Shown: positions 47,116 to 57,661, counted from the first letter of the stretch. The stretch: DNA of 64,000 nucleotides from an uncultured Planctomycetia bacterium (GCA_964572255.1 CAZNEE010000004.1:26344-90343); one strand, 5' to 3'. A program made the numbers and translations. Notes: generated by a model not told the origin, from the sequence alone.

Positions 47116-48995
47116 AAGATTTTCTTAAAAAGAGAAAAGATAGCGGAGCTTTAAGGGAGCTTACGCAGATGTCTGCTTCAAAAAACGGAAAAATAGAAAT
47201 TGGAGGCAGGGAATATATAAACTTTTCGTCCAATGATTATCTGTCTTTGGCAGCACATCCTGACATTGTAAGCGCCGCGAAAAACGGGCTTAAAGACGCA
47301 GTGGGATCATCCTCCTCACGGCTCATGACAGGAAGCTTCCGGTTGCATCATTTGCTTGAGAAAAGAATTGCCGATCTTAAAAATAAACCTGCCGCACTGG
47401 TTTTTAATTCCGGGTATCAGGCAAATGTCGGGATAATAAGCGCTCTTTTCGGTAAGGGGGATGTTATATTTTCCGATAGGCTCAATCACGCGAGCATCGT
47501 AGACGGTATTCTTTTGTCCGGGGCTAAGCTTTTCAGGTTTCAGCATAACGATCCGGATCATTTAGAAGAGCTTCTTAAGAAGGAGAGGAGGAATTTTAAG
47601 GACGCTCTTATAGTGACAGAGACGCTCTTTAGCATGGATGGAGATAAGGCTCCGCTTAAAAAATTTGTGCAGCTTAAAAGAGAGCATGACTCTTTGCTTA
47701 TGGTAGATGAAGCTCATGCAACAGGGATCTTCGGGGAAAAGGGCGCCGGAATGGTTGAAGAGGCGGGCGTTTCCGAAGATGTTGATATCATAATGGGGAC
47801 TTTCAGCAAAGCTCTCGGCAGTTTCGGGGCGTATGCAGCTGTGTCCCGGAAAATAAAGGATTATCTGATCAATACTTGCCGCAGTTTTATCTATTCAACG
47901 GCTTTACCACAGTCTATTATCGCGGCAAATCTGGCCGCTATAGATATAATTGAAAGGGAGGCCTTCCGCCGTGATAAACTCCTTGAAAAAGCGGAATATT
48001 TCCGCGGCAGGCTAAAAGAGAAGGGGGTAAGAGCCGGAGGCGATTCTCAGATCGTTCCGATAATTATAGGCGACGCGCAGGAAACGGTAAGGATAAGCGA
48101 TGAGCTGAAGAAAAAATCTTTTTGGACAACACCGGTGCGTCCTCCGACAGTCCCGGAAGGGGGATCAAGACTGAGGATCTCACTTTCCTACGGACATTCC
48201 AGGGAAGATTTAGATAAGTTTGTTGAGAGCATTTCAGAAGTTATGGGATCAAAAAATAAAATAGAGACGGCCGTCCATTGCCGGCCGCCGGCCACCGGTT
48301 TTAAATATGTGAATAGACAGAAGGAGGACTTAGCCGTTCTCATTCCCGGCTGGGCAACAGATGGGCATATCTTCGGGCCCCTGGATCTGGGATACGATTA
48401 TCTTATCCCGGAAGAAATGCTGACCGAGGATTTTCATGAAGCATTATACGGTCATCTGAAGAAATCGGGCAGAAAGACGACCTTGATAGGCTGGTCCATG
48501 GGAGGACATCTTGCCGCGCATTTTATGGCGAGATATCCGGATGCGGTCGAGAGAACTGTTTTAATAAGCGTGAAAGAGAAATACTCCAAAAGTGATATTG
48601 ACTTGATCAAAGGCTATTTGATGCGGAACAAAAATGCCTATTTGACGAGTTTTTATAAAAAATGTTTTGAAGGGCAGTCGTTTTCCGAAAAAGAATGGTT
48701 TGAAGATAATCTTTTAGACGCTTATTTGAAGAAAACAGATCTAGACTTACTGATCTCGCAGTTGGATTTTTTGCAAAACAATCCTTTCCCCATTGAAGAA
48801 CTGAGATCACATGAAAATAAATTGGTGTTTGTTCACGGCAGAAATGATGCGATCGTCAGTTGCCAGAACGCGTCGAGCCTTGCCCGGAATTTCACCAAAG
48901 CATCTTTTGCGCTTATTGATAAAACGGGTCATGTTCCATTTTTACATTCCAGGTTCAAAGAGATCATGGAGGATGAGATATGTATAAAGACATGA
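47100..48995 (+). CDS. bioF: 8-amino-7-oxononanoate synthase fused to an alpha/beta-hydrolase (BioH/BioG-like esterase)
   Basis: NFSSNDYL, DEAHA, GTFSKALG; C-terminal PGWA, GWSMG, D and GHVPF. Confidence 0.9.
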   Translation: MEKRIEDFLKKRKDSGALRELTQMSASKNGKIEIGGREYINFSSNDYLSLAAHPDIVSAAKNGLKDAVGSSSSRLMTGSFRLHHLLEKRIADLKNKPAALVFNSGYQANVGIISALFGKGDVIFSDRLNHASIVDGILLSGAKLFRFQHNDPDHLEELLKKERRNFKDALIVTETLFSMDGDKAPLKKFVQLKREHDSLLMVDEAHATGIFGEKGAGMVEEAGVSEDVDIIMGTFSKALGSFGAYAAVSRKIKDYLINTCRSFIYSTALPQSIIAANLAAIDIIEREAFRRDKLLEKAEYFRGRLKEKGVRAGGDSQIVPIIIGDAQETVRISDELKKKSFWTTPVRPPTVPEGGSRLRISLSYGHSREDLDKFVESISEVMGSKNKIETAVHCRPPATGFKYVNRQKEDLAVLIPGWATDGHIFGPLDLGYDYLIPEEMLTEDFHEALYGHLKKSGRKTTLIGWSMGGHLAAHFMARYPDAVERTVLISVKEKYSKSDIDLIKGYLMRNKNAYLTSFYKKCFEGQSFSEKEWFEDNLLDAYLKKTDLDLLISQLDFLQNNPFPIEELRSHENKLVFVHGRNDAIVSCQNASSLARNFTKASFALIDKTGHVPFLHSRFKEIMEDEICIKT

Positions 48996-49753
48996 TAAAA
49001 CGGAATTTTTCACGCAGCGCCGGTACTTATGATGACCACGCGCTTATCCAGAAGGAATGCGCTCTAAATGTTGTAGGCTCCATAAAAGCAAAAGATTTCT
49101 CAAAAATACTGGAGATAGGCTGCGGAACGGGAATGCTTACCAGACTATTAAGAGATACGTATAAGAAAGCCGAGATAATCGCTGTAGACATATCAGAATC
49201 CATGATAGAGACCGCAAGCAAGAAGGTCCCCGATAAAAAAACGAAATTTCTGGTTGCCGACGGCGAACACATTTTGATGGACAACAATGTCGATCTCATA
49301 ACATCCAACGCGACTTTTCAGTGGTTTGAAGATCTTGATTCCACGTTCGAAAGGTTTAACAAAATGCTGAAGAAAGGCGGCATGCTGTGTTTTTCCATGT
49401 ACGGGCCGAACACGTTTACGGAACTTGAGGAGGTGCTGAGCAAGAATGTCGGCAAGACCCATATATTAAGTTCGCGAAAATTCATAACTCCGGAACGTTT
49501 GCTGAAGACCCTGGAAAAACATTTTGAAAAATTCGAAGTAAGCGAAAAATATTATACGATGGATTTCATATCATTATGGGATCTCCTGAAGGATATCAAG
49601 AGGACAGGGTCCCGCGGCGAGGGACTCGGTAATGATGTATTTTTAGGAAAACACATGATATTAGCGCTTGAGAGGGATTATCTGGCAAAATACGGCACGA
49701 TTCTGGCGACGCATCATGTGTATTTCTGCAAAGCGCAGGCTAAAAAGGGTTAA
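48980..49753 (+). CDS. bioC: Malonyl-ACP O-methyltransferase
   Basis: FSRSAGTYDDHA, ILEIGCGTG, SNATFQW. Confidence 0.92.
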   Translation: MYKDMIKRNFSRSAGTYDDHALIQKECALNVVGSIKAKDFSKILEIGCGTGMLTRLLRDTYKKAEIIAVDISESMIETASKKVPDKKTKFLVADGEHILMDNNVDLITSNATFQWFEDLDSTFERFNKMLKKGGMLCFSMYGPNTFTELEEVLSKNVGKTHILSSRKFITPERLLKTLEKHFEKFEVSEKYYTMDFISLWDLLKDIKRTGSRGEGLGNDVFLGKHMILALERDYLAKYGTILATHHVYFCKAQAKKG

Positions 49754-49759
49754 CACAAT

Positions 49760-50464
49760 ATGAATGATTCCCTCTTTATAACAGGAACTGATACCGGGGT
49801 CGGCAAAACACTCATCACGGGGTTTCTGGGGCGGTTTTTGACAGAGAACGGCATGAACGTTATTTCGCAGAAATGGGTGCAGACCGGATGCGCGGGAGTC
49901 TCAGAGGATATAAACACCCATTTAAAACTGATGGGCAAAACAATAGAGGATGTCCAAAATTATCTTCCCGAGATCTCTCCATACGTTCTGGAATATCCGT
50001 CATCGCCGCACCTTGCGGCGGAACTGGAAAAAGTGCAGATAGAAGAAGGCCTCATAGAGGAAAGTTTCCTGCGCCTGGCGCGGGATTTTGATGTTGTTCT
50101 TGTGGAGGGAGTCGGCGGGGTACTGGTTCCCGTGAACAGAAAGGCTTTAATGATCGATATCGCAAAAGCGCTTGACCTCCCGGTTCTGGTAGTTGCTGAA
50201 AACCGGCTTGGAGCGATAAATCAAACGATGATGACGATCGATGTATTAAGGGTGAGGGGCCTGCATATTCTGGGTATCGTCTTTAACCAGGTTTCCGGGG
50301 GTGAAGACGAGATCATATTAAAGGATAATCCCAAAATCGTTCAAAAACTCACGGGCATAGAAGTTTTAGGTGAACTTCCATATAGCAAAGATACAGATGC
50401 CCTTTACGGCGAATTTCCCAAAACAGCCCATAAAATATTCGGCAGGATCAAACTGAAGGCGTAA
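49760..50464 (+). CDS. bioD: Dethiobiotin synthetase
   Basis: FITGTDTGVGKT, SPHLAA, VEGVGG, LGAIN. Confidence 0.95.
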   Translation: MNDSLFITGTDTGVGKTLITGFLGRFLTENGMNVISQKWVQTGCAGVSEDINTHLKLMGKTIEDVQNYLPEISPYVLEYPSSPHLAAELEKVQIEEGLIEESFLRLARDFDVVLVEGVGGVLVPVNRKALMIDIAKALDLPVLVVAENRLGAINQTMMTIDVLRVRGLHILGIVFNQVSGGEDEIILKDNPKIVQKLTGIEVLGELPYSKDTDALYGEFPKTAHKIFGRIKLKA

Positions 50465-51843
50465 TGAACTATAACTTGCCCATGAGAGATGAATTAATAA
50501 AAAAAGATCTTCAGTATAACTGGCATCCTTATACGCAAATGAAGGATTGCGAGGCCATGCCTCCGATACCCATCGCGTGGGCGGAAGGGGTAAAGCTTTA
50601 CGATTATGACGGGAATTTTTATTACGATACGATATCCAGTTGGTGGTGCAATGTTCACGGGCATAACCATCCGCATATAAAGAACGTCATACGGGGACAG
50701 CTGGAACTTCTTGAACATGTTCTTTTTGCCGGATTTACCCATGAACCGGCAGTTGAACTTTCAAAAAAACTGATCGAGATAGCTCCTTCAAATCTTGCCA
50801 GGGTATTTTACTCGGATGACGGGTCAACTGCCGTTGAAACCGCCATGAAGATGTCCTTTCAGTACTGGCATAATATCGGAAAAAGAGAGAAGACTCGCTT
50901 CTTGTCGCTTGACTTGGCATACCATGGCGATACTATCGGAACGATGAGTATAAGCGGTGTGGATCTTTTTAATAAAAAGTTCAAACCGCTTCTTTTTGAT
51001 TCATATAAAGCTCCGACGCCGTATTGTTACCGCTGTCCATTGGGCAAGGATCGGGGAAGCTGTTCGGTCGAATGTTTATCTGAGATGGAGAGAGTGCTGG
51101 AAGAGCATTCGCATGAGATCTCGGCCATTGTCATCGAACCGATCCTTATGGGCGCCGCAGGCATGATAATCTATCCGGTCGAATATTTAAGGGGCGTGGG
51201 TGATCTTGCCGGAAAATATAATGTTCACCTCATTGCGGACGAAGTAGCAGCGGGTTTCGGCAGGACAGGAAAGATGTTCGCGTGTGAACATGCCGATGTG
51301 CGGCCGGATTTCATGTGTCTTTCTAAGGGCATCACTTCCGGGTATCTGCCATTGGGGGCAACTCTCACAACCGAAGAAATATACGACGCTTTTTACGGGG
51401 ATCATTCAGAATTCAAGACCTTCTATCATGGGCATACCTATACAGCAAACCCCATTGCGTGTTCTGCGGCTATAGCGAGTATCGATATATTCAAAAAAGA
51501 AGGGACTTTGGACAGGGTTGAAGGAATAAATGAAAAACTAAGGTCATTTTTGGATAAAATGTCCGGCCTTCCGATTGTCGGCGACGTGAGATCGACAGGC
51601 GCAGTCGGCGCGATGGAACTTGTTAAGAACAAAGAAACAAAAGAACCCTTCGGCATAAACGAGAGGATAGGTCTGGATATATATAAGAGGGGACTCGAGG
51701 AGAAGCTTCTTCTAAGGCCGCTTGGGAACGTGATCTATTTATTTTTGCCGCTGTGCGTAAAAGATCCTGAGCTTGATGATATCCTCGGTCGAGCCTTTAG
51801 AGTTTTAGATCATGCGGCAGCTTGCCAAATGAGCAATATTTAA
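50464..51843 (+). CDS. bioA: Adenosylmethionine-8-amino-7-oxononanoate transaminase
   Basis: WHPYTQM, SSWWCNVHGH, YHGDT, LSKGITSG, HGHTY. Confidence 0.96.
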   Translation: MNYNLPMRDELIKKDLQYNWHPYTQMKDCEAMPPIPIAWAEGVKLYDYDGNFYYDTISSWWCNVHGHNHPHIKNVIRGQLELLEHVLFAGFTHEPAVELSKKLIEIAPSNLARVFYSDDGSTAVETAMKMSFQYWHNIGKREKTRFLSLDLAYHGDTIGTMSISGVDLFNKKFKPLLFDSYKAPTPYCYRCPLGKDRGSCSVECLSEMERVLEEHSHEISAIVIEPILMGAAGMIIYPVEYLRGVGDLAGKYNVHLIADEVAAGFGRTGKMFACEHADVRPDFMCLSKGITSGYLPLGATLTTEEIYDAFYGDHSEFKTFYHGHTYTANPIACSAAIASIDIFKKEGTLDRVEGINEKLRSFLDKMSGLPIVGDVRSTGAVGAMELVKNKETKEPFGINERIGLDIYKRGLEEKLLLRPLGNVIYLFLPLCVKDPELDDILGRAFRVLDHAAACQMSNI

Positions 51844-51905
51844 TGTTCCCAATTCCGGGATTTTCCTGTAAAATGATCCAGGATATATTCTAAACGGAGG
51901 TTGAT

Positions 51906-52472
51906 ATGAGCATCAGATCGGGTAAAGGTGATAAAGGGTTCACTTCATTTTTATCTCAGGGACATATAAGTAAAGACAGCGATGTCATTAAAGCGATAGG
52001 CGACCTGGACGAGCTTAACGGGCATCTGGGGCTGGTTAAATGCAGGACAATATCAAGAAAGAATAAAGAGATACTCGAGAAGATCCAGCGTACGCTTCAT
52101 GTTATTACTTCCGAGATCGCGGTGGGCGCTCCAAAAAGAAAAAAGATGGGGCTGTTGCTTAAAAAGGAAGATGCCGATTGGATAGAAGGCGCTATAGGCG
52201 AACTTGAGGGAGCCGCTGAAATAGAGAGCCGTTTTTCTCTCCCCGGAGAGAACGAAACTTATGCTTTTTATGATATCGCAAGGGCCGTGGCCAGGAGAGC
52301 GGAACGGAATATTGTCGGTCTTTTCAGAGGAGGCAAACTGGAGAATGATCACATCCTCACCTTTTTAAACTGTATATCCGATATATTGTTTATTATGCCG
52401 AGGACCAAGGTGCAGAAAAAACATGTCAGAAAAACTAAAAAAAGGAAAAAAAGATCAAAACGCAAAGGATAG
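51906..52472 (+). CDS. Cob(I)alamin adenosyltransferase (PduO type)
   Basis: GDKGFT, GDLDELNG, ARAVARRAER, FLNCISD. Confidence 0.85.
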   Translation: MSIRSGKGDKGFTSFLSQGHISKDSDVIKAIGDLDELNGHLGLVKCRTISRKNKEILEKIQRTLHVITSEIAVGAPKRKKMGLLLKKEDADWIEGAIGELEGAAEIESRFSLPGENETYAFYDIARAVARRAERNIVGLFRGGKLENDHILTFLNCISDILFIMPRTKVQKKHVRKTKKRKKRSKRKG

Positions 52473-52506
52473 GGTGTCCCCGAGTGGGGCGTCCCCAAAG
52501 GGAGAC

Positions 52507-53913
52507 ATGGATAAAAAATATGATTATGTGGTTATAGGAAGCGGGCCGGCCGGGCATGTTTCGGCAATACGCGCGGCTCAGTTGGGGCTAAAGGTCGCTG
52601 TTGTCGAAAAAAATGAGAGTATGTTCGGCGGAGTATGTCTTAACGAGGGATGTATCCCGGCAAAATCGCTTTTTAACAGCGCGAAGATAATATGCTACAC
52701 AAATAAAAGTACTGAAGTATGCGGGCTTGAAGGAGAGTGTAAAAATTATCCCGACCTGAATAAGATCGTCGCCAAAAGCCGGGAGGCCGCCGAGACGCTG
52801 AAAAAGGGGCTTTCGTTCCTCTTCAAGAAAAACAATATCGATCTTATCCTGGGCAAAGGCAGTTTTATTGACAGTACGACCTTGCAGATCACTCAAGGCG
52901 AGAAAGAAACTGGCAAGCTCAAAGCGGATAAATTTTTGATCGCAACGGGTTCACGTCCGCGTAAGATCCCGGGAATATCTTTCGGAGGAAGTGTTATATC
53001 AAGCTCCAAGGCCATATGCCTGGAGAAATTACCGGAAAAAGTTGTCATTGTCGGAGGCGGAGCGATAGGAGTGGAATTCGCTTCTTTTTACAGTATCCTG
53101 GGGGCTGAAGTTGTTATCGTTGAGATGGAGAGCCACCTGCTCCCGAAAGAAGACAGGGAGATAGCTAAAAACCTCCAATCAATTTTCAGAAGAAGGGGCG
53201 TAACCGTGCACACTGCCAGTTCCGTCGAAGAGATCATCCAGGAACACGGGTCAACCGATGTTATAATTAAAACGCCTGACGGGGAGTTGACAGAAAAGTG
53301 CGATACCGTGCTTGTATGTATCGGGCGTATTCCGCTGACTTCCAATATCGGCTTAGAGAAGATAGGGGTCGAAACTGATAAAAAAGGTTTCATCAAAGTG
53401 GATCCCGAGATGAGGACCACTGTCAGTAATATTTATGCCGCGGGGGATATTATTCCCACGACAATGGTCGCGCATGCCGCGTCGGCTGAGGGTGAGATCG
53501 CCGCTGAAATTGCGGCAGGCAAAAAGCCCGAACCGATAGATTATTCGTGTATGCCTATGGTTACATACTCCGATGTGCAGGTCGCAAGTGTGGGCCTGAC
53601 AGAACACGCTGCTAACGAAAAGGGATTGCATTATAAGGTCGGTAAACAGTTTTTTCTTGCCAACGGCATGGCAGTCGTGACTTCCAGAACAGAGGGCCTG
53701 ATAAAAATCATCGCCGATAAAACGACTCATAAACTACTGGGCGTGCATATCGCGGGGTATCAGGCAGCCGAGCTTATTCACGAATTTAATGTTGCGAAAA
53801 GAGCGGGGCTGACAGTTGAAGATATCGAAAAGACGGTTCATGCGCATCCGACATTCTCTGAGGCAGCCGTAGATGCCTGCAAGGCAGTATTTGGAAGCCC
53901 GATCCACGGATAA
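52507..53913 (+). CDS. lpdA: Dihydrolipoamide dehydrogenase
   Basis: GSGPAG, GGVCLNEGCIP, GGGAIGVE, HAHPTFSE; GGAG RBS before ATG 52507. Confidence 0.93.
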   Translation: MDKKYDYVVIGSGPAGHVSAIRAAQLGLKVAVVEKNESMFGGVCLNEGCIPAKSLFNSAKIICYTNKSTEVCGLEGECKNYPDLNKIVAKSREAAETLKKGLSFLFKKNNIDLILGKGSFIDSTTLQITQGEKETGKLKADKFLIATGSRPRKIPGISFGGSVISSSKAICLEKLPEKVVIVGGGAIGVEFASFYSILGAEVVIVEMESHLLPKEDREIAKNLQSIFRRRGVTVHTASSVEEIIQEHGSTDVIIKTPDGELTEKCDTVLVCIGRIPLTSNIGLEKIGVETDKKGFIKVDPEMRTTVSNIYAAGDIIPTTMVAHAASAEGEIAAEIAAGKKPEPIDYSCMPMVTYSDVQVASVGLTEHAANEKGLHYKVGKQFFLANGMAVVTSRTEGLIKIIADKTTHKLLGVHIAGYQAAELIHEFNVAKRAGLTVEDIEKTVHAHPTFSEAAVDACKAVFGSPIHG

Positions 53914-53933
53914 GATAGTCTTTATTTTAAATC

Positions 53934-53962
53934 TTGCCACTATACATTGATAATAGTATTAT
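53934..53962 (+). promoter_or_regulatory. Sigma70-like promoter
   Basis: TTGCCA-17 bp-TATTAT. Confidence 0.5.
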
Positions 53963-53986
53963 ATATTTTATAGGAGCAATAAACAT

Positions 53987-55021
53987 ATGGAAATAATTAC
54001 AATCTTCCTTTTATCTATTCTGATCGTTCTTGTAGCTTTTCTTGCATGGAAAACCCGCTCATCTGATGACGGCAAAGAACGTATCGAATCTGTTCTTAAC
54101 GATAAGTTTATCAACTTTTCCGAAAAAATACACAGCACCATGGATAGCACCCGCAAAGAGGTCGAGCAGTCTAAAGATGTTCTTTCGCAGAATGCCCTTA
54201 AGACGTTAGAGCATATCGCCAAGATGAGTAATACCGTAAGCGATCTTGTGCAGCAGCAGGAGAAAGCGCAGCAGCTCGGACAATCGCTGGAATATTTGCT
54301 GCAGGCGCCTAAACTCAGGGGGAGCTACGGCGAGACTGTCCTTGAAGAGATGCTCCAACGCGTTTTACCTAAAGGAATATGGGAAAAACAATATTCAATA
54401 GACGGAAGAGAAAAGGTCGATGCGGTTGTTAAATATAAAGATATCGTGATACCGATCGATGCTAAATTCCCGAAAGAAGATTACCAGAAATATACTTCAA
54501 GCACGGATCCTCAGGAGAAAAGCGCACATTGGTCTAATTATGAAAAAGCGCTTAAACTGCAGATAAATTCTATAAAAGAAAAATATGTTAAACCTGAAAA
54601 GGGCACAACGGAGTTTGCGCTTCTTTTTATCCCGTCAGAAGCGATCTACTATGAGACCATCGCCGAGAAAAATTCTCTCGGAGAACCGTGCCAGATATAC
54701 GAGTATGCCACCAGCCGCAAAGTTGTCCCGGTAAGCCCCAACACATTCTACGCATTTTTAGAGGTGATCATAATGGGCGTTCGGAATATAGATATCGCCC
54801 GGGAAGCGAAAAAACTTCAGGAATCCCTGTCAAAACTAGAGAAAGATTTCGGCCTCTTTTATAATAATTTTGAACTTATCGGCAGGGCCCTGGATAAAGC
54901 TTCCAAAGCCTATTCGACAGGGGACACTCAGGTCCAAAGATTCAAAAAAAATCTGGATTCAACTATAAAGCTCGATCAAGGCCTTCAGGAAGAAGTAAAA
55001 GGGGAAATAACCGCGGAATAA
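53987..55021 (+). CDS. rmuC: DNA recombination protein RmuC family
   Basis: TM plus coiled coil, RGSYGE, IDAKFP, FIPSEAIY, VSPNTF. Confidence 0.9.
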   Translation: MEIITIFLLSILIVLVAFLAWKTRSSDDGKERIESVLNDKFINFSEKIHSTMDSTRKEVEQSKDVLSQNALKTLEHIAKMSNTVSDLVQQQEKAQQLGQSLEYLLQAPKLRGSYGETVLEEMLQRVLPKGIWEKQYSIDGREKVDAVVKYKDIVIPIDAKFPKEDYQKYTSSTDPQEKSAHWSNYEKALKLQINSIKEKYVKPEKGTTEFALLFIPSEAIYYETIAEKNSLGEPCQIYEYATSRKVVPVSPNTFYAFLEVIIMGVRNIDIAREAKKLQESLSKLEKDFGLFYNNFELIGRALDKASKAYSTGDTQVQRFKKNLDSTIKLDQGLQEEVKGEITAE

Positions 55022-55045
55022 TTCTCAACATTTCCGGAGTTATCT

Positions 55046-56056
55046 ATGCGCAAAAAAGCGTTTTTATGGGAAAAGCTGGAAGATAAGAAGGTGCATTGCT
55101 ATCTTTGCGCTCATCATTGCAGGATAGCTGAAGAAAAGTTCGGGTTTTGCGGGATGAGGCAGAATATCGGCGGAGAGCTATACACCCATGCTTACGGGGT
55201 GGTTATAGCGAACCATGTCGATCCCATCGAAAAGAAGCCGCTTTACCATTTCCTGCCGGGAACATATGCTTATTCCATAGCGACGATCGGGTGCAATTTT
55301 CATTGCGGGTTTTGCCAGAACTGGACTATTTCCCAGGTTTCGGTCAAGGAAGGCGATATGGGCGGTTATGAATTGAAGCCTGAGGAAGTGGTGCGCGAGG
55401 CGCTCAAAAATGACTGCAGGAGCATTTCATATACTTACACGGAACCCACAGTATTTTTTGAATATGCCTATGATACCGCCAAAATCGCAAAAGAAAATGG
55501 TCTGGCCAATACTTTCGTGACCAACGGCTACATGACAAAAGAAGCAATAGACGAAATAAGACCGTATCTTGATGCCGCGAACATCGATCTTAAATCTTTC
55601 AGGGACGAGTTTTATAGGGAGATCTGCAAAGCCACCCTGCAGCCGGTGCTGGACTCGATAAAATACATGAAAGAAGTCGGGATATGGGTCGAGGTCACGA
55701 CGCTGGTCATTCCCGGCAGTAACGATTCGGAAGAAGAGCTGAACGATATAGCTGAGTTCATAGCGAAGACAGGAACCGATATCCCCTGGCACATAACACG
55801 ATTCCATCCGGATTATAAATGGACCGATAACGTGCCGACACCGATGGAAACGCTCCGAAAAGCAAGCCGGATAGGCAAAAAGAACGGTCTTAAATATGTA
55901 TATCTGGGGAATGTTTTTGCGGAAGGCGACACGCTTTGCCCGGATTGCGGGACCCCGTTAGTAAACAGGAGCGGTTTCAGCGCGGCATTATCCGATGAGT
56001 TGAAAGACGGGAAATGCGCGAAATGCGGAGCCATAATTGAAGGAGTGTGGAAGTGA
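55046..56056 (+). CDS. amrS: AmmeMemoRadiSam system radical SAM enzyme
   Basis: DPIEKKPLYHF, GCNFHCGFCQNW, YTYTEP, PWHITRFHP. Confidence 0.93.
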   Translation: MRKKAFLWEKLEDKKVHCYLCAHHCRIAEEKFGFCGMRQNIGGELYTHAYGVVIANHVDPIEKKPLYHFLPGTYAYSIATIGCNFHCGFCQNWTISQVSVKEGDMGGYELKPEEVVREALKNDCRSISYTYTEPTVFFEYAYDTAKIAKENGLANTFVTNGYMTKEAIDEIRPYLDAANIDLKSFRDEFYREICKATLQPVLDSIKYMKEVGIWVEVTTLVIPGSNDSEEELNDIAEFIAKTGTDIPWHITRFHPDYKWTDNVPTPMETLRKASRIGKKNGLKYVYLGNVFAEGDTLCPDCGTPLVNRSGFSAALSDELKDGKCAKCGAIIEGVWK

Positions 56057-57273
56057 AGAAACTGTTGATAATTTTTTTGATACTGTTGATCATCGCGGTG
56101 GGAGTGATCTATCGTTTTTGGCAGGAAATATTTCAATTTTCCGCCGAATCTATCATAATGAAAAGCTTGCCCCCTTACGTGGCGATCGAAAGGATCATTT
56201 TTGACCTGAAAGATAACAGGGTCGAAGTAAAGGATTTCAGGGTAAAAAACCCGCCGGGATATCAGCAAAAATATCTTGCCAGTATAGACAAGATAACATG
56301 TGATTACAAGAGGAAGGGAGACAACATACTTGACGGAATAGAGGTCACGAATATCGAGGCCCAGGGGCCGACAATAAACATCGAAAGATTAAAGAACGGC
56401 CGGATGAATATCAACGAAATGGACACGGTCATGGAAAAGTCCGCCGCTGAAGAGGCCGGTCCGGCGGAAAAAGCTCCGGCTCCAAAGGAAGAGAAAAAGA
56501 AAGCTGTTTCCGGGAAAGATAAAAGAAATATCTCCGACATCGTGAAACTTCCGAAGGACATCAATCTAACGAACGGAAAAGTGGTCTTTTTGGATAAAGC
56601 GGCAGCTTCACGCCCTTACATGCTGACGTTTGACGATGTGAACGGCGTCATAGAGCTTGGTCTTTCGGATGATTATACCAAAGTTTCAAACGTTTCCAGT
56701 ACCGGAAAAGGAATATTAAATTCCGATAATTCCCAGAAAGTTAAATGGAATGTCTCACTTGATCCGACAAAACAGAATCTGACGATGTCAAGCAGGATCG
56801 AGCCTGAAGGGATAGATCTCACTCTCATAAGGCCGTATTACGACAAATTTTCACCGATATACATCGAAAAGGGCACCTTTTCAGGGACATTGGTCTTTGA
56901 TTTTGATAACGGTAACATCGGTTCGATGAATACCGTTAATCTGCGAAACCTTGTTTTTAAAGAGAAAGAGAATTTCGGAGGCGCACAGTACTGGCAGGCC
57001 GTGATCCCGGAACTGATAAAGTATCTCCAATCATCGCCGCGTGAAATAACTTTTGATTTTACGATAAAAGGGGACATGAACAATCCCTCTTTTAATATCG
57101 GGCCCATTACCAGAAAAGCGCTTCAGTCAATGGTGGTTGATAAGATAGTTGATGCGATCTCGGGCGAAGAAAAAGGCGGGGCGCAAGGCGCGCCGTCTCA
57201 ATCGGGTGCTCAGCAGCAGAAAAGCGATACTGAGCAGGTGATGGATCTTTTGGAAGGATTGCTCAAAAAATAA
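56053..57273 (+). CDS. DUF748/AsmA-like protein
   Basis: N-terminal TM, beta-rich, KGDMNNPSF motif. Confidence 0.65.
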   Translation: MKKLLIIFLILLIIAVGVIYRFWQEIFQFSAESIIMKSLPPYVAIERIIFDLKDNRVEVKDFRVKNPPGYQQKYLASIDKITCDYKRKGDNILDGIEVTNIEAQGPTINIERLKNGRMNINEMDTVMEKSAAEEAGPAEKAPAPKEEKKKAVSGKDKRNISDIVKLPKDINLTNGKVVFLDKAAASRPYMLTFDDVNGVIELGLSDDYTKVSNVSSTGKGILNSDNSQKVKWNVSLDPTKQNLTMSSRIEPEGIDLTLIRPYYDKFSPIYIEKGTFSGTLVFDFDNGNIGSMNTVNLRNLVFKEKENFGGAQYWQAVIPELIKYLQSSPREITFDFTIKGDMNNPSFNIGPITRKALQSMVVDKIVDAISGEEKGGAQGAPSQSGAQQQKSDTEQVMDLLEGLLKK

Positions 57274-57295
57274 CTTAAATAGGAAAGGAGAAAAA

Positions 57296-57661
57296 ATGGT
57301 TGTTCTTGCAAGGTTGATAATGATAGCTGTTATTGCGTTCGGGTTTGCTCTTATATTCAAAAAAGAGACAAGAGACGGGCTGTTAGCATACGCTAAAACG
57401 AATAAGGGCATTAAGGTCATAGGATCCGCAAGAATAGTTATGGGCGCGGTTTTATTGATGGCTTCCGCCCAGAGCCGCCTCCCGGGGCTTGTTACGGTTT
57501 TCGGTATTATTCTTATAATAGCCGGGATAGTAGCTTTAGTGATAAAGAAAGAAGCCATAAACAGCATGGCCGGCTGGTGGGAATCCAAACCGGAAAGCTC
57601 TCAGAAGCTGATGGGTTTGATCCCGATCATTTTTGCCGCGATCATACTTTTAGGTCTTTGA
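57296..57661 (+). CDS. Hypothetical 4-TM membrane protein
   Basis: AAGGAG RBS; four hydrophobic segments. Confidence 0.7.
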   Translation: MVVLARLIMIAVIAFGFALIFKKETRDGLLAYAKTNKGIKVIGSARIVMGAVLLMASAQSRLPGLVTVFGIILIIAGIVALVIKKEAINSMAGWWESKPESSQKLMGLIPIIFAAIILLGL

